In this document: positions 50,720 through 64,000 of the stretch, piece after piece
Layout of the letters: each line of letters opens with the position of its first letter
How positions within the stretch are numbered: the stretch's first letter is position 1
Source: Podarcis melisellensis
Taxonomy: Eukaryota
Assembly: GCA_964234715.1 (NCBI GenBank)
Contig: OZ174282.1
Reading direction: 5' to 3' (one strand)
DNA length: 64,000 nucleotides
Position numbers and translations under genes: made by a program
The notes under the pieces: model-generated
What the model saw: only the letters and a program-made list of their open reading frames with translations
What the model was told of the DNA's origin: nothing
Databases searched by the model: none

Positions 50720-51135
50720 ACTATTGTAATTTAAGAAAGGGTGTAGCTGACATCCAGGGGCTGCCTGTATGTGCCTGGAGACAAGATATGTAAAACAAGA
50801 AGTATTTTGGCAATGATAGTCACCCTCAAATATCTGAAGGGCTGTCACATGGAGGATGGAGCAAGCTTGCTTTCTGCTGTTCCAGAGGGTAGGACCCAAA
50901 ACAGTGTTTTCAAATTTCAAGGAAGGAGATTTTGACTAAACTTTAGAAAGAACTTTCTGACAGTAAGAGCTGTGGAGCGGACTCCTTCAAAAGGTGCTGG
51001 ACTCTCCTTCACTGGAGGTTTTTAAATCAAGGTTGAATGGCTATCTGTCAGAGTTCTTCAGCTGTGATTCCTACATTGCAGGGGGTTGGACTAAATGACC
51101 CTTTGGGTCTCTTCCAGCTCTTCAGTTCTATGAAT
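50720..51135 (+). mobile_element. CR1 3' fragment
   Basis: TCAAATATCTGAAGGGCTGTCACATGGAGGATGGAGCAAGCTTG... matches the CR1 at 14.4-15.6 kb. Confidence 0.8.
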
Positions 51136-51843
51136 ACCTCAACCAGGAGTCAAAGAACAATGCAACTAATTCCAGAAGGTCCCAAACCATTTGGACTTGT
51201 GTCTGTCACCACCACATGGCAAACCTCTGTTTAGAATCAAGGGGTGTTTCCAAAAAACCAGTTCATAGTAGGAGCTGGTAGGGAAAAAATAGAAAATTCC
51301 CCATGTGGGAACAAGTCCGTGGATGTGCTTAATATATATATATATTTGTTTTGAATACAGGCCATACATCCATAGCAGCAGGATGACCTATGTAAGGCAT
51401 ACAGTAAAAACCTTTTGGTATTTGGTAGCCCATGTTGCTATTCTGGGCTGCTTCAAGAGAGTGATGCTGATTTTCAAAATTTTGTCCTGTACGCTGGAGC
51501 TCCTGTATCAGGAGTTTGCTACGCACACTGTTCTCTTTAGTGTTCCCAAAATTGAAGTGAAGCGCAGGCTCATCTGAAGTTCTCTGCGTGCATTGGAGCC
51601 TCGGAGAACATTAAGTCACAGCTCATGACAGTGCTTGGTTTTTCCCAGGTACCAAAGTGCCTGCTAGAGCAGACTGGGAATCTGATAGCTGGGCCTTGTA
51701 GTCCAGAACTGCACATACAGACCTAGCTCTGGTAAGTGGCATTCACCATCACATTTCTCCCCTTGCAGCCTGGACTCTGGAAGGGATCATGGCTCAATGG
51801 CAGAACATGTGCGTTGCATGACAAAAGTCCCAAGTTCAGTCTA

Positions 51844-51979
51844 CAGGCACGGCCAAACTTGGCCCTCCAGATGTTTTGGGACTACCATTCCCATCATCCC
51901 TGACTACTGGTCCTGTTAGCTAGGGATGATGGGAGTTGTAGTCCCAAAACACCTGGAGGGCCAAGTTTGGCCATGCCTG
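51844..51979. mobile_element. Palindromic hAT MITE
   Basis: Same GGCCCTCCAGATGTTTTGGGACTAC fold-back family; many degraded copies elsewhere in the window. Confidence 0.8.
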
Positions 51980-53034
51980 GAGATCTGGCAGCAAGTAGTG
52001 GAACAGGCCTCCCACCTGAGATTCCCTAACTGTCAGAATAGATGATACTGGAGGCTAGGTAAATGCACAAATAGTCTCAACTGATACAACTATACTACCT
52101 ATACAGAGCGCTTATTGTCATCCTTGCTCGAGTCAAAAGTTGTTTGTGTGGCTTTTTTGGCTCCATCATCCCTGCTTTAAAAGGCCAGTTTTTCCCCTTG
52201 AAAGGACATGTTTGCTGAGGCTGATAGGAGTTGTAGTCCAAACAATTTGGTTGGTATTAAGTTGCAGAGAGCTGTCATTGGAGGATCCCCGTGTATGTGT
52301 AGTCTTTAGCACTCCCAAGGGAGAGGCAGGAAAACCTCAAATATGTTTAATCTTTGCAGTCATCTCAGATTTCATTGAATGCCCACATGCTTTCCAGTAA
52401 TGCAAGGCAAGGGCTACATCTAAAGAAATCCTAGTCAATAAAAAGTATGTGTTAATCAAATATTAAATTAAATCTACATATAACAAAAAAAAAGTTTTGA
52501 AGGTGGGTAAACATGCTTGCTTTGATGTCACAGTCACAGATGGGTGTCATCTTAGAAAAAGGCATCTTCTCCTAGGTAAGAATGAGAGAGTGACTCTTCT
52601 ATGATGAAGCATGCATATTAAAGCACATTAACCATTTTTAAAACCGTTGCTTTTTAAGTATGTTGCTTGTTTGGGGATTCTTTAGTCCATTTAAAAAATA
52701 TTGTAAATGGAGTAATTGATTGGTTTTATCGGTGATAGAGTTTTGTTCTGTTTCTAACTGCTTTCTGGAGATTTTACTGAATGCCATTATTTGTACTTTT
52801 TTGGTTTTATGTAGCCTATGTACTGATTTTTGTTATAGTGGGTTTTTTTAATATAAGTAATTAATCTACCCAGTTAATTAGTTTAAAATGTGGAGCCCCG
52901 GAGAAGATAAAGAAACTAAGATATTTCATAAAGAAAAAAACCTCACATGTAGTGCTGGTAATCAGTTTAAGAGCCCTGAAGTCTTTGTGACTTGAGGAAA
53001 GATAACATTTTAGTTATCTAGTTTTACTAGAGAG

Positions 53035-53240
53035 AGGGCCAAAGCTCAGTGGTAGAGTATCTTTTTTGTTTTGTTTGCAGAAGGTGCCCCAGGTTCAGTT
53101 CCCAGCATCTCCAGGTAGGGCTTGGAGAGACTCCCTGACTGCAGCTCCAGAGAGCCACTCCCAGACAGTGTAGACAACAGCACTGAGCAACGTGGATCAA
53201 TGGTCGGAAGCATTATGAGGCAGGCGGCTTCCTGTGTTTC
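53035..53240 (+). mobile_element. tRNA-derived squamate SINE (Squam3-like)
   Basis: Same head, body and tail; further copies near 24215-24520 (-), 33405-33585 and 58260-58470. Confidence 0.72.
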
Positions 53241-54251
53241 TAGCAGAGCAGTTTGGAAGCTCTTCCCTTCACATGATACAGTGACTTGTTTACTATTAAA
53301 CGCAGAACAAAAGGGAGGCTGTCTTCAGCATTCCAGCTAATCCAGCGAAGGAGTTATTTACAGTGTTAAAATTAGAGCTGGCAATCGCTGCCAGCTAGGA
53401 AAGTCATAGCAAGCTGAGTGCTTCCAAATGGTGTAAAACTCCACAGTTTGTTAAGGGTTGTCTTTTTTATTTTTTTCTGTTTTCTTTTTTGGCTGTCTGG
53501 AGAGAACCCAGAAATCCTAATCTGTGAACAGTTGTCTTTGTGTGGCTTGAAATTGACAGCAGGCAAAACAATGCAAAATAAAAGAGAGCCTGACAAACGG
53601 GGAAAGGGCTTGATGTTTGGCTGTGCTGGCATTAGAATGGCACTGCTTTAGCCCCAGAAGGAGGTGGGTTGTTTTGTAAAAAGAGAGAGAGAGAGAGACA
53701 GAGGAGGAGGGCAAATGCTTTGCAGCACGCAATCCCTGCAATTGTAAGGAGCTGTAATGAATCAAGCCATCTTGGAAAACCTTGCTCAGGCCTGCCCAGC
53801 TTCAAAACACCTAGACCAATGCAAGCCACCCGCCATGTATTGTGACTTGTTGGGTCCTTGGCAACATTTCAGTTTCTTCAGTCTTCGTTGACCTAGCAGC
53901 CAAAAGCCAGAAGATTTATTAAGCCCACCCACCCAACAGTATGTACTAGGTAGTTGGTAGGAAGCCTTCAGCTCAGGCCCTTAGTTGCAGGGGCCAAACC
54001 TCGCGATTTCTGTAGAAGACTCTCAAAATATCATCATACAGTATTCAAGCTCAAATAGAGGTTGCCTGACTTCTCATACAGTGCCTGTCCTTCTCCTAAA
54101 AGGAAATGATAGAGAGGTCAGGAAACTGGACAAATGGCACACTTTAAATTGTGTAGCGCAGAATTCAGAGCATCACCCAGAGACAGCTGTAGGCAGAATT
54201 CCTGCATTGCGCAGGGGTTCTTTTCAAACTCTATAATTCTATGATTCTAAT

Positions 54252-54388
54252 TGGACAGTGTTCTCGAAGCTACCAGCATGAGTTTGACCAAACTGCGGGT
54301 GGAAGAGAGGAGTGCCTGGCATGCTCTGGTCCATGGGGTCACAAAGAGTCAGACACAACTAAACAACTAAACAACAACAACAACAACA
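54252..54388 (+). mobile_element. BovB 3' fragment
   Basis: Same 3' end and (CAA)n tail as the other copies. Confidence 0.85.
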
Positions 54389-57300
54389 TTTTCTTTCTTT
54401 TCTTTTGAAAATATCATATTTTTTTACTATTTAAGCTACATTATCGAAATGTAAGGTGTGGAATTTATCATCATTACTTTCATTTAACCCTGATAAATCC
54501 AAGGATGAAGTGGGTTCAGCTACCTAAAATCAGATGGTGTGAAGCAGGCCCTGGGGTGGGGTAGATAATCTATAGTCTTCCAACTCCCGCCAGCTCCAGC
54601 CACCATGGCCAGTGGTTAGGGGTGATGGGGGAGGGGGCTGTAGTCCAGCAATATCTGGAGGACCCACCCCTGACCCAGATGAATGAGAGTGTTAGGATTT
54701 CCAAGCCAGCCAAATGCCAGATCCCTCATATCACAAACTACCCTTAGCATTGCATGACTAAAACAAAAAGTTAACGCATTGAGATTCCCTGTTTAGTGTG
54801 CCAGAGAAATATAACAAAGTAGTTACTACTTAGAATAGATTTATTTGCTGCAATCATTTTTTTGACCCGACTAATTTGAAAGGAAATCTGAAAAGCATGA
54901 ATTCCAGGCAAAAATCCTCTTGCGAGTTAGGCACCATTCTTAATAACCCACACTGCCTCATACTTAGGATTTTAAAGTCAGTCTCGGGTCTGTTTTGGCT
55001 AAAATGTGGAATTTTATGAGAAGGGTATAAAATCCCGGGATCTCAATTTTTTTATTATTAAATTCATTTGTTTGCATAGCAAGCATGTGGCTTTAAAACA
55101 CCTGGGCTTTTAACAAAAAGTAGCCAGTCTCTCTTATTTGCCTTGGGGCTTTCTCCCCCCTTCCCCTTCTAAAGAGCACAGGGTTCAACTTCAGCCAATC
55201 TTGCTGCAGAAACATTAACGAAAATCTGATGAGAGCAAATCCCAAGGTGATACGGCTGCAGGCAGCTGTGAGCTTTGAATAAAGCTGCACTGTGGTTAAC
55301 ACACTTAAAGGAATGTCAGCAAAAATGTAGCACTTGGATGGGGCCCCCAGTCTCTGGCACCTTCTCTCTTCTCTCCAAGCCCCCCATCCCACCCCCACCA
55401 TCGCTTATAAAGCAGGGGAAGGGAACTTGTGGCCCTCCAGATGTTGTTGAACTCAAAGACCCGTCAGCCCTGCCAGCGTGGGCAGCAATCAGAGATGATG
55501 GGAGTCTGACAGTATCTGGAAGGCAAAAGAATCCTCACTGCCCTGTTGCAAAAGTTGAAGTCTACTGGCACAATCTGCCCAGAAAATTATCTGGTGCTGG
55601 GCCCACTAAAATGGCAAGGAGTTGGGTAAGAGTAGAGCTTGTGTCCCAAACACTCTGTGTAAAGGAGTAATATCAACAGCAGGGGCAGGCAACCTGGTGC
55701 CTTCCAGATGTTCATGGAATGCAACTCCTGGAATGCTGAATGGGACTGGAGGAAGGGAACCCAGTCAACCCCCCCAAACTATACATACACCCTGTCTTAA
55801 GTTTGCTCCCCAAGCCTGTGCTTGCATGTTTGGCAGTCAGTCCCACAGAGTTCAGTGGGGCTTCCTCCAAGAAGCTGGGTCACAGTATTTGCCCCTCTTT
55901 CCTAGCAACACAAACTGTGGAAGTACCATATCCAAGTGCAGGTCCCCACAGCTAACTGGGACCCTCAGAGACAAGACTCTCTTAGCCCAAATCTGCTGAG
56001 AAGATTCTCTAGGCTCCCTTCAGACCAAAAGCCCCACACAGTTTAGGATGGGGAACCTGAGACCCTCCAGTTGTCTTGGGACTCCAGCTCCCATCAGATC
56101 CCCCCAGCATGGCCAATGGTCAGAGGTGATGGGAGTTGAAGTCCATCAACATGTGGAAGGGGACACAGGTTCCCCATCCCTCTGAAAGATGTCCTATACA
56201 AGCCTTCCTCGTGGACAGATCCATTCAGGACCAAATTTAGTTCAATGGACAATTTAGGATCGTCTCCTCCTGCCCTCACTGGACTCTTGTGAAATCTTAA
56301 CATCATACTTTTTAATCTAGTTGTTATCTTTCTAATTTAAAAGAAGCCAACCTGTTTTGTAGGTGATATTTTTTTTATTACTATTCTTCAGCCTGCTTGG
56401 TTCTGTAGCCTCTTGTGAGGTTTGTATGTTTATGTAACATACGCCAATCTGATTATTTGATGCTTCAGTCCGGCCTGTGTTCTATTTGTAATCAGAATGA
56501 GCTAAGAGAGCTTATTATTTGAAGCAGAAACCACAACGCTAGCTGTAATTGCACAACTTGGTATGCAAAGTTGCAAATGTTGTGTTGCATCAGATTTGGG
56601 GCAGTAGGGGAGGGGGTCAGAGAGTGGAATAAATTTCTGCCGAAAGACGGGACACTGTTGTTTGTCACTGCGACGTATTATGAAACAGGCCTTCCTAATT
56701 GGGTTATCTGAGTATAAAGCAAAAAAAGAAAGAAAGAAACGTGGTTTTCTCAATAGGACAGATGCCCCTCACAAATTCAGGAGAGAATCATTTACAAGTC
56801 TCCCATGTTGCCAACTCCTGTCTGCAAAGTGAGCAGCTTGAAATAAAACTGGACTAAGTCCCAGTTAAAATATGAATAGTTTCCTGTATGCTTTTAGTTT
56901 CTTATTTATTTATTTATTTTTATTTCATAAAATTTATACACCGCTTGATTGTAAAAAAAAGAGAAAGCCCTCAAAGCAGTTTACAAAGAGAGTTAAAGAA
57001 TGAGAATATCAGTAGAAACAACTCTTGGTGTAAAACCAGCAATAAACTAAAAACAGATTAAGACTTACGTCAACATTCTGCATGTCTGGGTAGGCTTGCC
57101 TAACAAAAATTATTTTAGTGGGCGCCAAAAAGAATACAGTGAAATGCTTGCGTGATGTCAATAGACCAGGAGTTCCGGAGTGTAAGTGCTGCCACACTAA
57201 AAGATTGATTTCTTATAAATGCGGAATGGGTATTATGTAACACCTGCAACAATGCTAATTCCTCCTATCTTAATGGCTGAGTAGGCATGTATGGGTTTTC

Positions 57301-58710
57301 CAAATAAACTAGCTTCTTAAGTCTTCCAGCAAAATGCTGGAGAGTATTCCTATGTTGTTATGTATGCATTGGTGTCTTTCATTGCGCACTTTTCCTTCCC
57401 ATGCCTTCCACCATTGTACTGATGAGGGACACTGCGGGACACAGTAGTAACATACATTCTGTCATTCTAAGGATCCCTGTGCAAAGTTTGCCTCCTGCTG
57501 CCAGTACCCCTTGCTGTAGACTCTACTCACTCTGTGTGCTATGCTGCAGTGGTGGAGGACCTGTGGCTCTCAAGATGTGGTCAGATTCATGCTCCATTGG
57601 TCATGACCATTGGCCATGCTGGAGATGACTAATGGGAGTTGGAATCCAACAACATTTGGAAGGCCACAGGTTTCCCACTTTGGCTCTATTGGTCTAAGAA
57701 CACAGGACACTTTGTTCTACGGATCCTTAGTGCATCTATCTCATTATTGTCCAGGCAGGGAGAAGCGAATGTGGGGACCTGCAGATGTTGTTAGACTAGA
57801 ACCCCCATGCTGGTTGGGGCAGATGAGCATTGGAGTACAACAATGCACATTGGCTATAGTGGTTTACACGGACTGGCAGCAGCTCTTCATCTACCCAACT
57901 CTACCTGGAGATCTCAGGGCTGAATCTGGGGGCTTTTGCAAGCATAGTCATGTGCACAACTACTTAGCTGCTTCTTTCTCCCATAGGGTCTTCCTCATGG
58001 ACTTATAGTCTCTCCTTTGTTGATTTAAAAACAAAGAATGTGTTTGTTCTTTTCGTTAAAAATACTGACCTAGATCATGGGTGGGGGCTTGTGACACACA
58101 CAGAAATGTTGTTGGATTCCCAATTCCTATCAGCCCAGCCAGTGGGGGCAAGGAGCAGGGGAGTTGGTCCAGCAACAGGGGCAAAGGTTCTCCACTTCTT
58201 TTCTCGAAGAACATAAAATCTCCTACAATGTGTTATCCATTGTTCAAAACATACGTCAGGGAGAGACTATTGCTGTGTGGCAGAACACATACTTTGCATG
58301 CCAAAGGTCCCATGCTCAATATCTGGCATCTCCTGTTAAAGGAGGATCAGGTAGCAAGTGTTGCGAAAGACCCCTGCCTTTTGTACCCTGAAGAGCCGCT
58401 GCTCATCAAAGTGGATGGTAATAGACTCAATGAGAACAGTGGTCTTGACTTGGTGTAAAACAGCTTTGTGTTCACTTGCACCTTACCAGCTGCTGTGGGA
58501 GTAGTGGCAGGCTGCACACTCTGCACAGTCTTCATGCGCACACATTCGGACGAATATGTGTTTGAGAGAAGATGCAGCTTCCCTACAATGGTTGGGTGTG
58601 TGTATGTGTAGCTGTGTTAAGTGATGTGACTGAATCATTGATCCTTAGGAGTAGCTCCATCAAGTGGTTGCCCATCCATTTTGTGGAGCCAGTCAAGATT
58701 CTCTCTAGAA

Positions 58711-58846
58711 CAGGCATAGGCAAACTCGGCCCTCCAGCTGTTTTGGGACTACAACTCCCATCATCCCTAGCTAACAGGACCAGTGGTCAGGGATGATGGG
58801 AATTGTAGTCCCAAAACATCTGGAGGGCCAAGTTTGCATATGCCTG
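58711..58846. mobile_element. Palindromic hAT MITE
   Basis: CAGGCATA.GCAAACT TIRs; 8-bp TSD CTCTAGAA. Confidence 0.88.
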
Positions 58847-58914
58847 CTCTAGAAGTTGCCAGAAAATGTTTCTTATGATCATATCTGTGAAGTGACCTTT
58901 TTTCTAACCTTAAG

Positions 58915-59057
58915 AGTGTAGAGAGCATGTTGCGGAAGATGCGAAACCTGATTCTCTCAGCGACACTGCCGATCTGGCTCTACCACCTGAAATGCCCATT
59001 CTAATTGACTTAGATGCCTTGAAGGACATTCTTGGGCCACCAATGTATGAACTGGAG
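58915..59057 (+). CDS. LONP2: LONP2 exon 12 (143 bp)
   Basis: ttaag/gtaatt; (E)CREHVAEDAKPDSLSDTADLALPPEMPILIDLDALKDILGPPMYELE; not in the ORF track. Confidence 0.93.
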
Positions 59058-62000
59058 GTAATTATTGACTATTTTCTATCTTTGCTCTTTTTTATTTTGT
59101 AGCTTGATAAATTAGTTGTTGGTGGTGGTTTGCTTGCTTCCCCACCTTCAGAACAGCCAGGTTGGGAAGGGACTTCTGGGGAGAGTCCCATGGGCCAGAT
59201 AGAAAGGCTGGGGCGGGGCCTGAATTTGGGTCCCAGCCTGCTGTTCTCCACCTTATGCTAGTGGCACGAAATCTAAGCTCTTCCAGAAGCTACTTGGTTA
59301 CATCCAGACTACATCTGAAGCCTCTGAGCTCTGCTCAGGCGCAAGGGTAAAACCCCTCTTATTACATGCAGTAGCAGGTAGCTCCCACTGAACTGTAGGT
59401 CTTATAAGGCCAGTGAAAAAATTAGGACCTAGGGATGGAATGTCAAACCTCCAGTAGCTGTGTGTGCAACTTTGAACCATTGGGGTGTTTTTCCTTGCGG
59501 TTTGTCACCAGGATCTGGCCACATCCAGGGGCCAAGATTACCGGATGGCAGCCTCATAAAAGAAGTGAGGCTTTGGCATGCTTGAAGGGGTTTCTTTCTT
59601 CTTAAGCTGCTGCTGCCCTTCTCTCTGCAGCGAGGAGCGCTGAACTTCCGTCTCTGTGAAAAACATTCCAGATTGGTTCCGTTTGTTTTTCTTTGCTGTA
59701 GTCTGCAGTGGGGCCTCTCTCCCTCCCCACCCCACCCCCGGCTCAGAAAGCCTCACCTCTAACCTTCGCTCTGCCATCAATAACTAGCTGGAAATCAAGA
59801 CTCTGCAAAGGCCAGTCACATGTCAGCGCTCAGCTCGAGGAGGCCCGGCAGAGAGAAATTGAAAACCTCCCGTAATTGAATTGACTGGCCCTTCCGGAAG
59901 GGGAAGGACCTTTTCAAATGAATATATATATTAGAGAGAAGTTAGGCCTATAATCTCATAAGCTAGGGTGCTTTGGAAAGAATCAATTCAATCAGCTGTT
60001 CCAAAGTCACAGTTCGCTTTTAGAGTCAAAACCTCTTTTGGTGGAATCAGAATATGGCACACCCCAGACGGATACATGTCACTCGCTGGAATTTTGAAAT
60101 CCGATCCTGGCAGAGTCTGAGTGTGTATATCTAAAGCACCCTTTTGCCTCTCTCAAGAGAGATGGCTCAGTGCTGGCTGAGGATGATTAACTCATGATGG
60201 TTTCCTGAAATGCGAAACCCCTTTGTGTGCCCAGGAACACCCTGTGGCCTGCCTCTTCTCACATCTGTCTCTGCTGCTCCATAGGGCTGCTGCCACCCTG
60301 GTCCCAACTGCAATGTTTTCTTTACAATATTGTTGATGCATCCTGGGCTGCTTAATGGCCACTGGAAACAGCAGGTGTATAGGACTGTTGACAACCTGGA
60401 AGCTGTAGGTTAGGACAGGAGTTGGAATCCTGTGGTCCTCCAGATGTTGCTGAAGCCCAACTCCCATTCTTCCTAACCATCAGCCATGCTGGTTAGGGCT
60501 GATGGGGGTCCCAACAGCAGCTGGGAAGCCACAGGCTTTACCCCTGACTTAGGGGGATAAGCCTGACTTACCTAGCACTTTGCTTGAAAAATGCTGCCTT
60601 AGGTTTACAACAATGGATTCCTCTGAGCATTCAGTGGCAGCTCATCCCACCATTTGAAAGCTAAACTTCTCATATGTGTGGCAAAACAGAAAACGGGTTA
60701 AAAATCAGGGCGGGGTGTTTGTCTGCAGCATTAACACTAAACTTTTAAGATAGAATTGTCTGGGTGGATAAGAAAGTCTTCACTTGGTGCTACAAGGACA
60801 CAAGACTTGGCAATAGGTGTGCCCTTCTGGGGAGAGAATTTCACAGAGAAGTCCGCACTTGAGGTGCCACCACTTGAAAAGGCCCTTTGTCTCAGAAGTG
60901 TGCAGCAGGGAGCCTCTAAATATGGCTTCAATATTTGGGAGTAGGTTGCCCTTCGTATATCTACACCCTAAACCATATGGGACTTAAATGGTTTTAAGCC
61001 AGCACTTCAGATTGTACTTGGAGACAAACTATTAGGCAGTGATGCTCTGTAAGTGAGATGTGTTCTATTTAGCCAGCCTCAGTCAACAGTCTGGCAGCTG
61101 TACAACAGCTGCCTGGGCCAGTTGAAGTTCTGTGGGTGCAGACACTACCTACCAGAGTTGGAACACTTCTGAATCCCATTGAGTTCTGTAGAACTCTCCC
61201 ATTAATTCAGGGAGACGGAAAGGCACTTAGCTTTGGCTAGATGGCCCATGTGAAGGTTTGATAGAGCACTTTTTAAAAAGCATCTTCCTGTATAGCAGTT
61301 AAAGTTGAAGGTATAAGAGCTGACCTTTCCTTACTTGGAGAAACTGAAGAACAGGGTAGATCTCTGGGTTGCTGCATAAATGAAAAGTTCCATCTGCCAA
61401 CTTCAAAAAACTTTAACTCATTTTTGCTGTTACAAAAAAACACAAAAAACCAGTACTCTATTCTCTGCTCTATGAAGCACCCATTTTAAGCCCCCACCCA
61501 CATGCACCCTAGCCTTAGGAAACTTTCCTCTGAGTATATGTTTGCAGCTCCACCCTTTCAGAAAGCTGTTGTCAGTGCTGTTTCAATCTTTAGCTTCCTT
61601 GGCCTGATGCAGGGAAGAAAACAAATGTGTAGCCGGAAAATATTAATGTGTGCAGTGAAAGGGTAACATTTCACTTGAAGTTTTGCTTGCTTTGTTTGTG
61701 GAAATGATCCATGCTGCAAAAGTGTTGACATCTTTCCGCAGGGCCTGCAAGACGGAGCTGCTCCGCCTGGCCTTTGGTTTGGACTCAGTCTAACCCTTAT
61801 GTTTCCCTCCCCTTATGGTTTTGATTTATGGGCTACTACTACTACTACTGGGGAGGGCGAGGTATAAATAAGAATTTTTTATTATTATTGTTATTTTGCA
61901 CCCAATAATAAGCAGAAGTCAATAAGCAGAAGTCATTTCTGAGATTCCCTCCTGTAATCCTCTTAAGAATGTTCCTAGAAGCTTTTCCAGAATGCCTGTG

Positions 62001-62375
62001 AACTAGGACCATTTCTGATAATTATCAATTAATTATCAATAATTATCTAATAGCATGGGCATACTGTCTCTGCTGGCTCCCTTTTTGTTTCTGGGCTCAG
62101 TTCAAGATGCTCTTTAGCTTTTGTCAAGGGGGCTGACCTTTTGTTAGGGGGAGCAGAACCTTAGTTTGCTATGTATTTTCATTGATTGGGGAGGGCAGCT
62201 TCACCTATGCTTATGCTATTTAACATTTACATGAAACCACTTATTAGGGTCATTCAGAGAAACCCATCTTGGCCTTTCTGCAGTACTGAAATCAGAAGAC
62301 CTATTTCAAGTGGGAGCCTTATTTTCGGCGCCGAGCTGTCCTTTTCAATAGAAATACTGTGCTTCTTTCTTTCAG

Positions 62376-62583
62376 GTGTCCGAGCGGCTGAATCAACCCG
62401 GCGTAGCAATAGGTTTGGCTTGGACTCCTTTAGGAGGGGAGATCATGTTTGTAGAAGCCAGCCGCATGGATGGGGAAGGCCAGCTGACTCTGACCGGGCA
62501 GCTGGGCGATGTCATGAAGGAGTCGGCACATCTTGCCATCAGCTGGCTGCGCAGCAACGCAAAGAAATACCTACTGACAAATG
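62376..62583 (+). CDS. LONP2: LONP2 exon 13 (208 bp), start of protease domain
   Basis: tttcag/gtatgt; [69 protein letters not shown]. Confidence 0.97.
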
Positions 62584-64000
62584 GTATGTGAGAAGGCATG
62601 AATGGAAAGATCTGGCGCATGCTTCATGCATGCATAGAATAGGTTTTGAACATGTCTGGCTTTTGCTGCCTGCCTCGGACTATAGAAGTGAAGGCCATCA
62701 AGCCTCTGGCAGACACCATACATTTTTGGTGGAAGGCATTTTTAGCTTGGGGCAAGTTGCAAAAGGAGACTGTTGAGTAGTGGGGGAGCAAGTGCTTTGC
62801 ATGGAAAAGGTCCCAGGTTTGGGCCTCATCACACCCCATGTAAATAAGCCGCCAAACAATACTAGCCTGCTCAGTTTTTTACTAGCCTACTTTTTACCCA
62901 TAAGAAGACCTGGCAGAGAACAAACAGGGCAGTCTGTCCCAACTTTACCAACCCTTTACCAGTTAAAATCAGGCTTATGATTAGCAGGCTGGAAACACAG
63001 TAGGCTGGCTAAGAAAGGCACTGACATGTCTCCATTTTATTATATTAAATATCTTAATGCACCACTTTGGTTAACCCAAAGAGCCTTATAGCAACCCAAT
63101 GTAAAACAGAAGCTTTTCTTTTTAAATTTCTCTTTTGGGCAAGGGTTTGATCTTTAAGAGTGCTTGGAATTGAATTAGTACTGTATATTTTGAAACTGCT
63201 GTCTGGTTAAATTAGTCTGGGAATTCTTTCTTCTTGCTGCAGTAATTGCTTTGATTGTATTTTTTTAACTCCCGTTCTCAGGACATACATAAACTGAAAA
63301 GCAGATAGAAATGTTTCCAAATAAACAAAGAATTTGTAAATGGCCTCAGCTGCAAATTCCATATTTAAGAACAGCGCAGCTATTAAAAACAGCACAGTAT
63401 TGGCTTTGAGGGACTTGCCTTCGTGTGAATGAACTGCACCTTGGTTTCTTAAGGTTGCTTTTACAAAAGGCTAAGAATGCTGTTTTCCCTCTAGCTGCTT
63501 TTTAAAGATGTGCTTTAAGCTTCAGCCCCTCATCTGTAACATGGAAATAATACTAGGCACATGAAAACATTGAAAGCTACCTTATAGTGAGTCCCAGTCC
63601 TGCTTGGAGATTCCAGGGATTGAATGCATGCGAAACCATGTGCTCTACTCGTGAGTTACAGTCCAGATCCACTTTACAGATCCCAAAGGTGGTGTGTGTT
63701 TTCAAAGTATGCTTTGAAAACTCAGGACACTTCCTAGCGATGCTCAGTGTGTTTAATTTACTATTGACTACTTCGAACAGCATACATTTTTGCCTGATCA
63801 AAACCAGCAATTAAAATTCTGAAAGAAACCAGTGCTTTTATTGCCTGCACACCCCGTATCATCACCTAAGAAGCATTTCTCCTCTCACATGTGCAGAAGG
63901 GAATGCCTCTGCTGAGATGGACCTTATTCAGCTACAGTTCTTATAAACACTTAAAAAAAATTAAAAGTAACTTTTAAAAAATAATAATCTGCTGCCCAGT

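Noticed and set aside
62584-64000. LONP2 catalytic exons 14-15 or SIAH1
   Set aside because: No GPSAG motif, PTS1 or SIAH coding sequence seen; expected beyond the window

Overview
Vertebrate genomic DNA, most likely from a lacertid lizard (Sauria/POM-type SINEs, BovB, CR1, L2 and Penelope repeats). Two multi-exon genes sit head-to-head. On the minus strand is the 5' part of an ABCC12 (MRP9)-like ABC transporter: six coding exons from the ATG at 13365, running off the left edge. On the plus strand are LONP2 (peroxisomal Lon protease) coding exons 1-13, starting in a CpG island at 23113; the exons with the catalytic Ser/Lys and PTS1 lie beyond the window. Exons were defined by reading splice sites and frame continuity; most ORFs in the supplied track are spurious. 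The most notable observations are: a Penelope-like fold-back insertion in LONP2 intron 8 with a minimal hammerhead ribozyme on each strand; five RFX X-box motifs at ~44-bp spacing just inside LONP2 intron 1; an ABCC11-like N-terminal exon on an otherwise ABCC12-like gene; a GC-AG intron; and a candidate poison exon. I found no evidence of a wholly new multi-gene system. Comparisons to human proteins and repeat families are from memory, not from a search.
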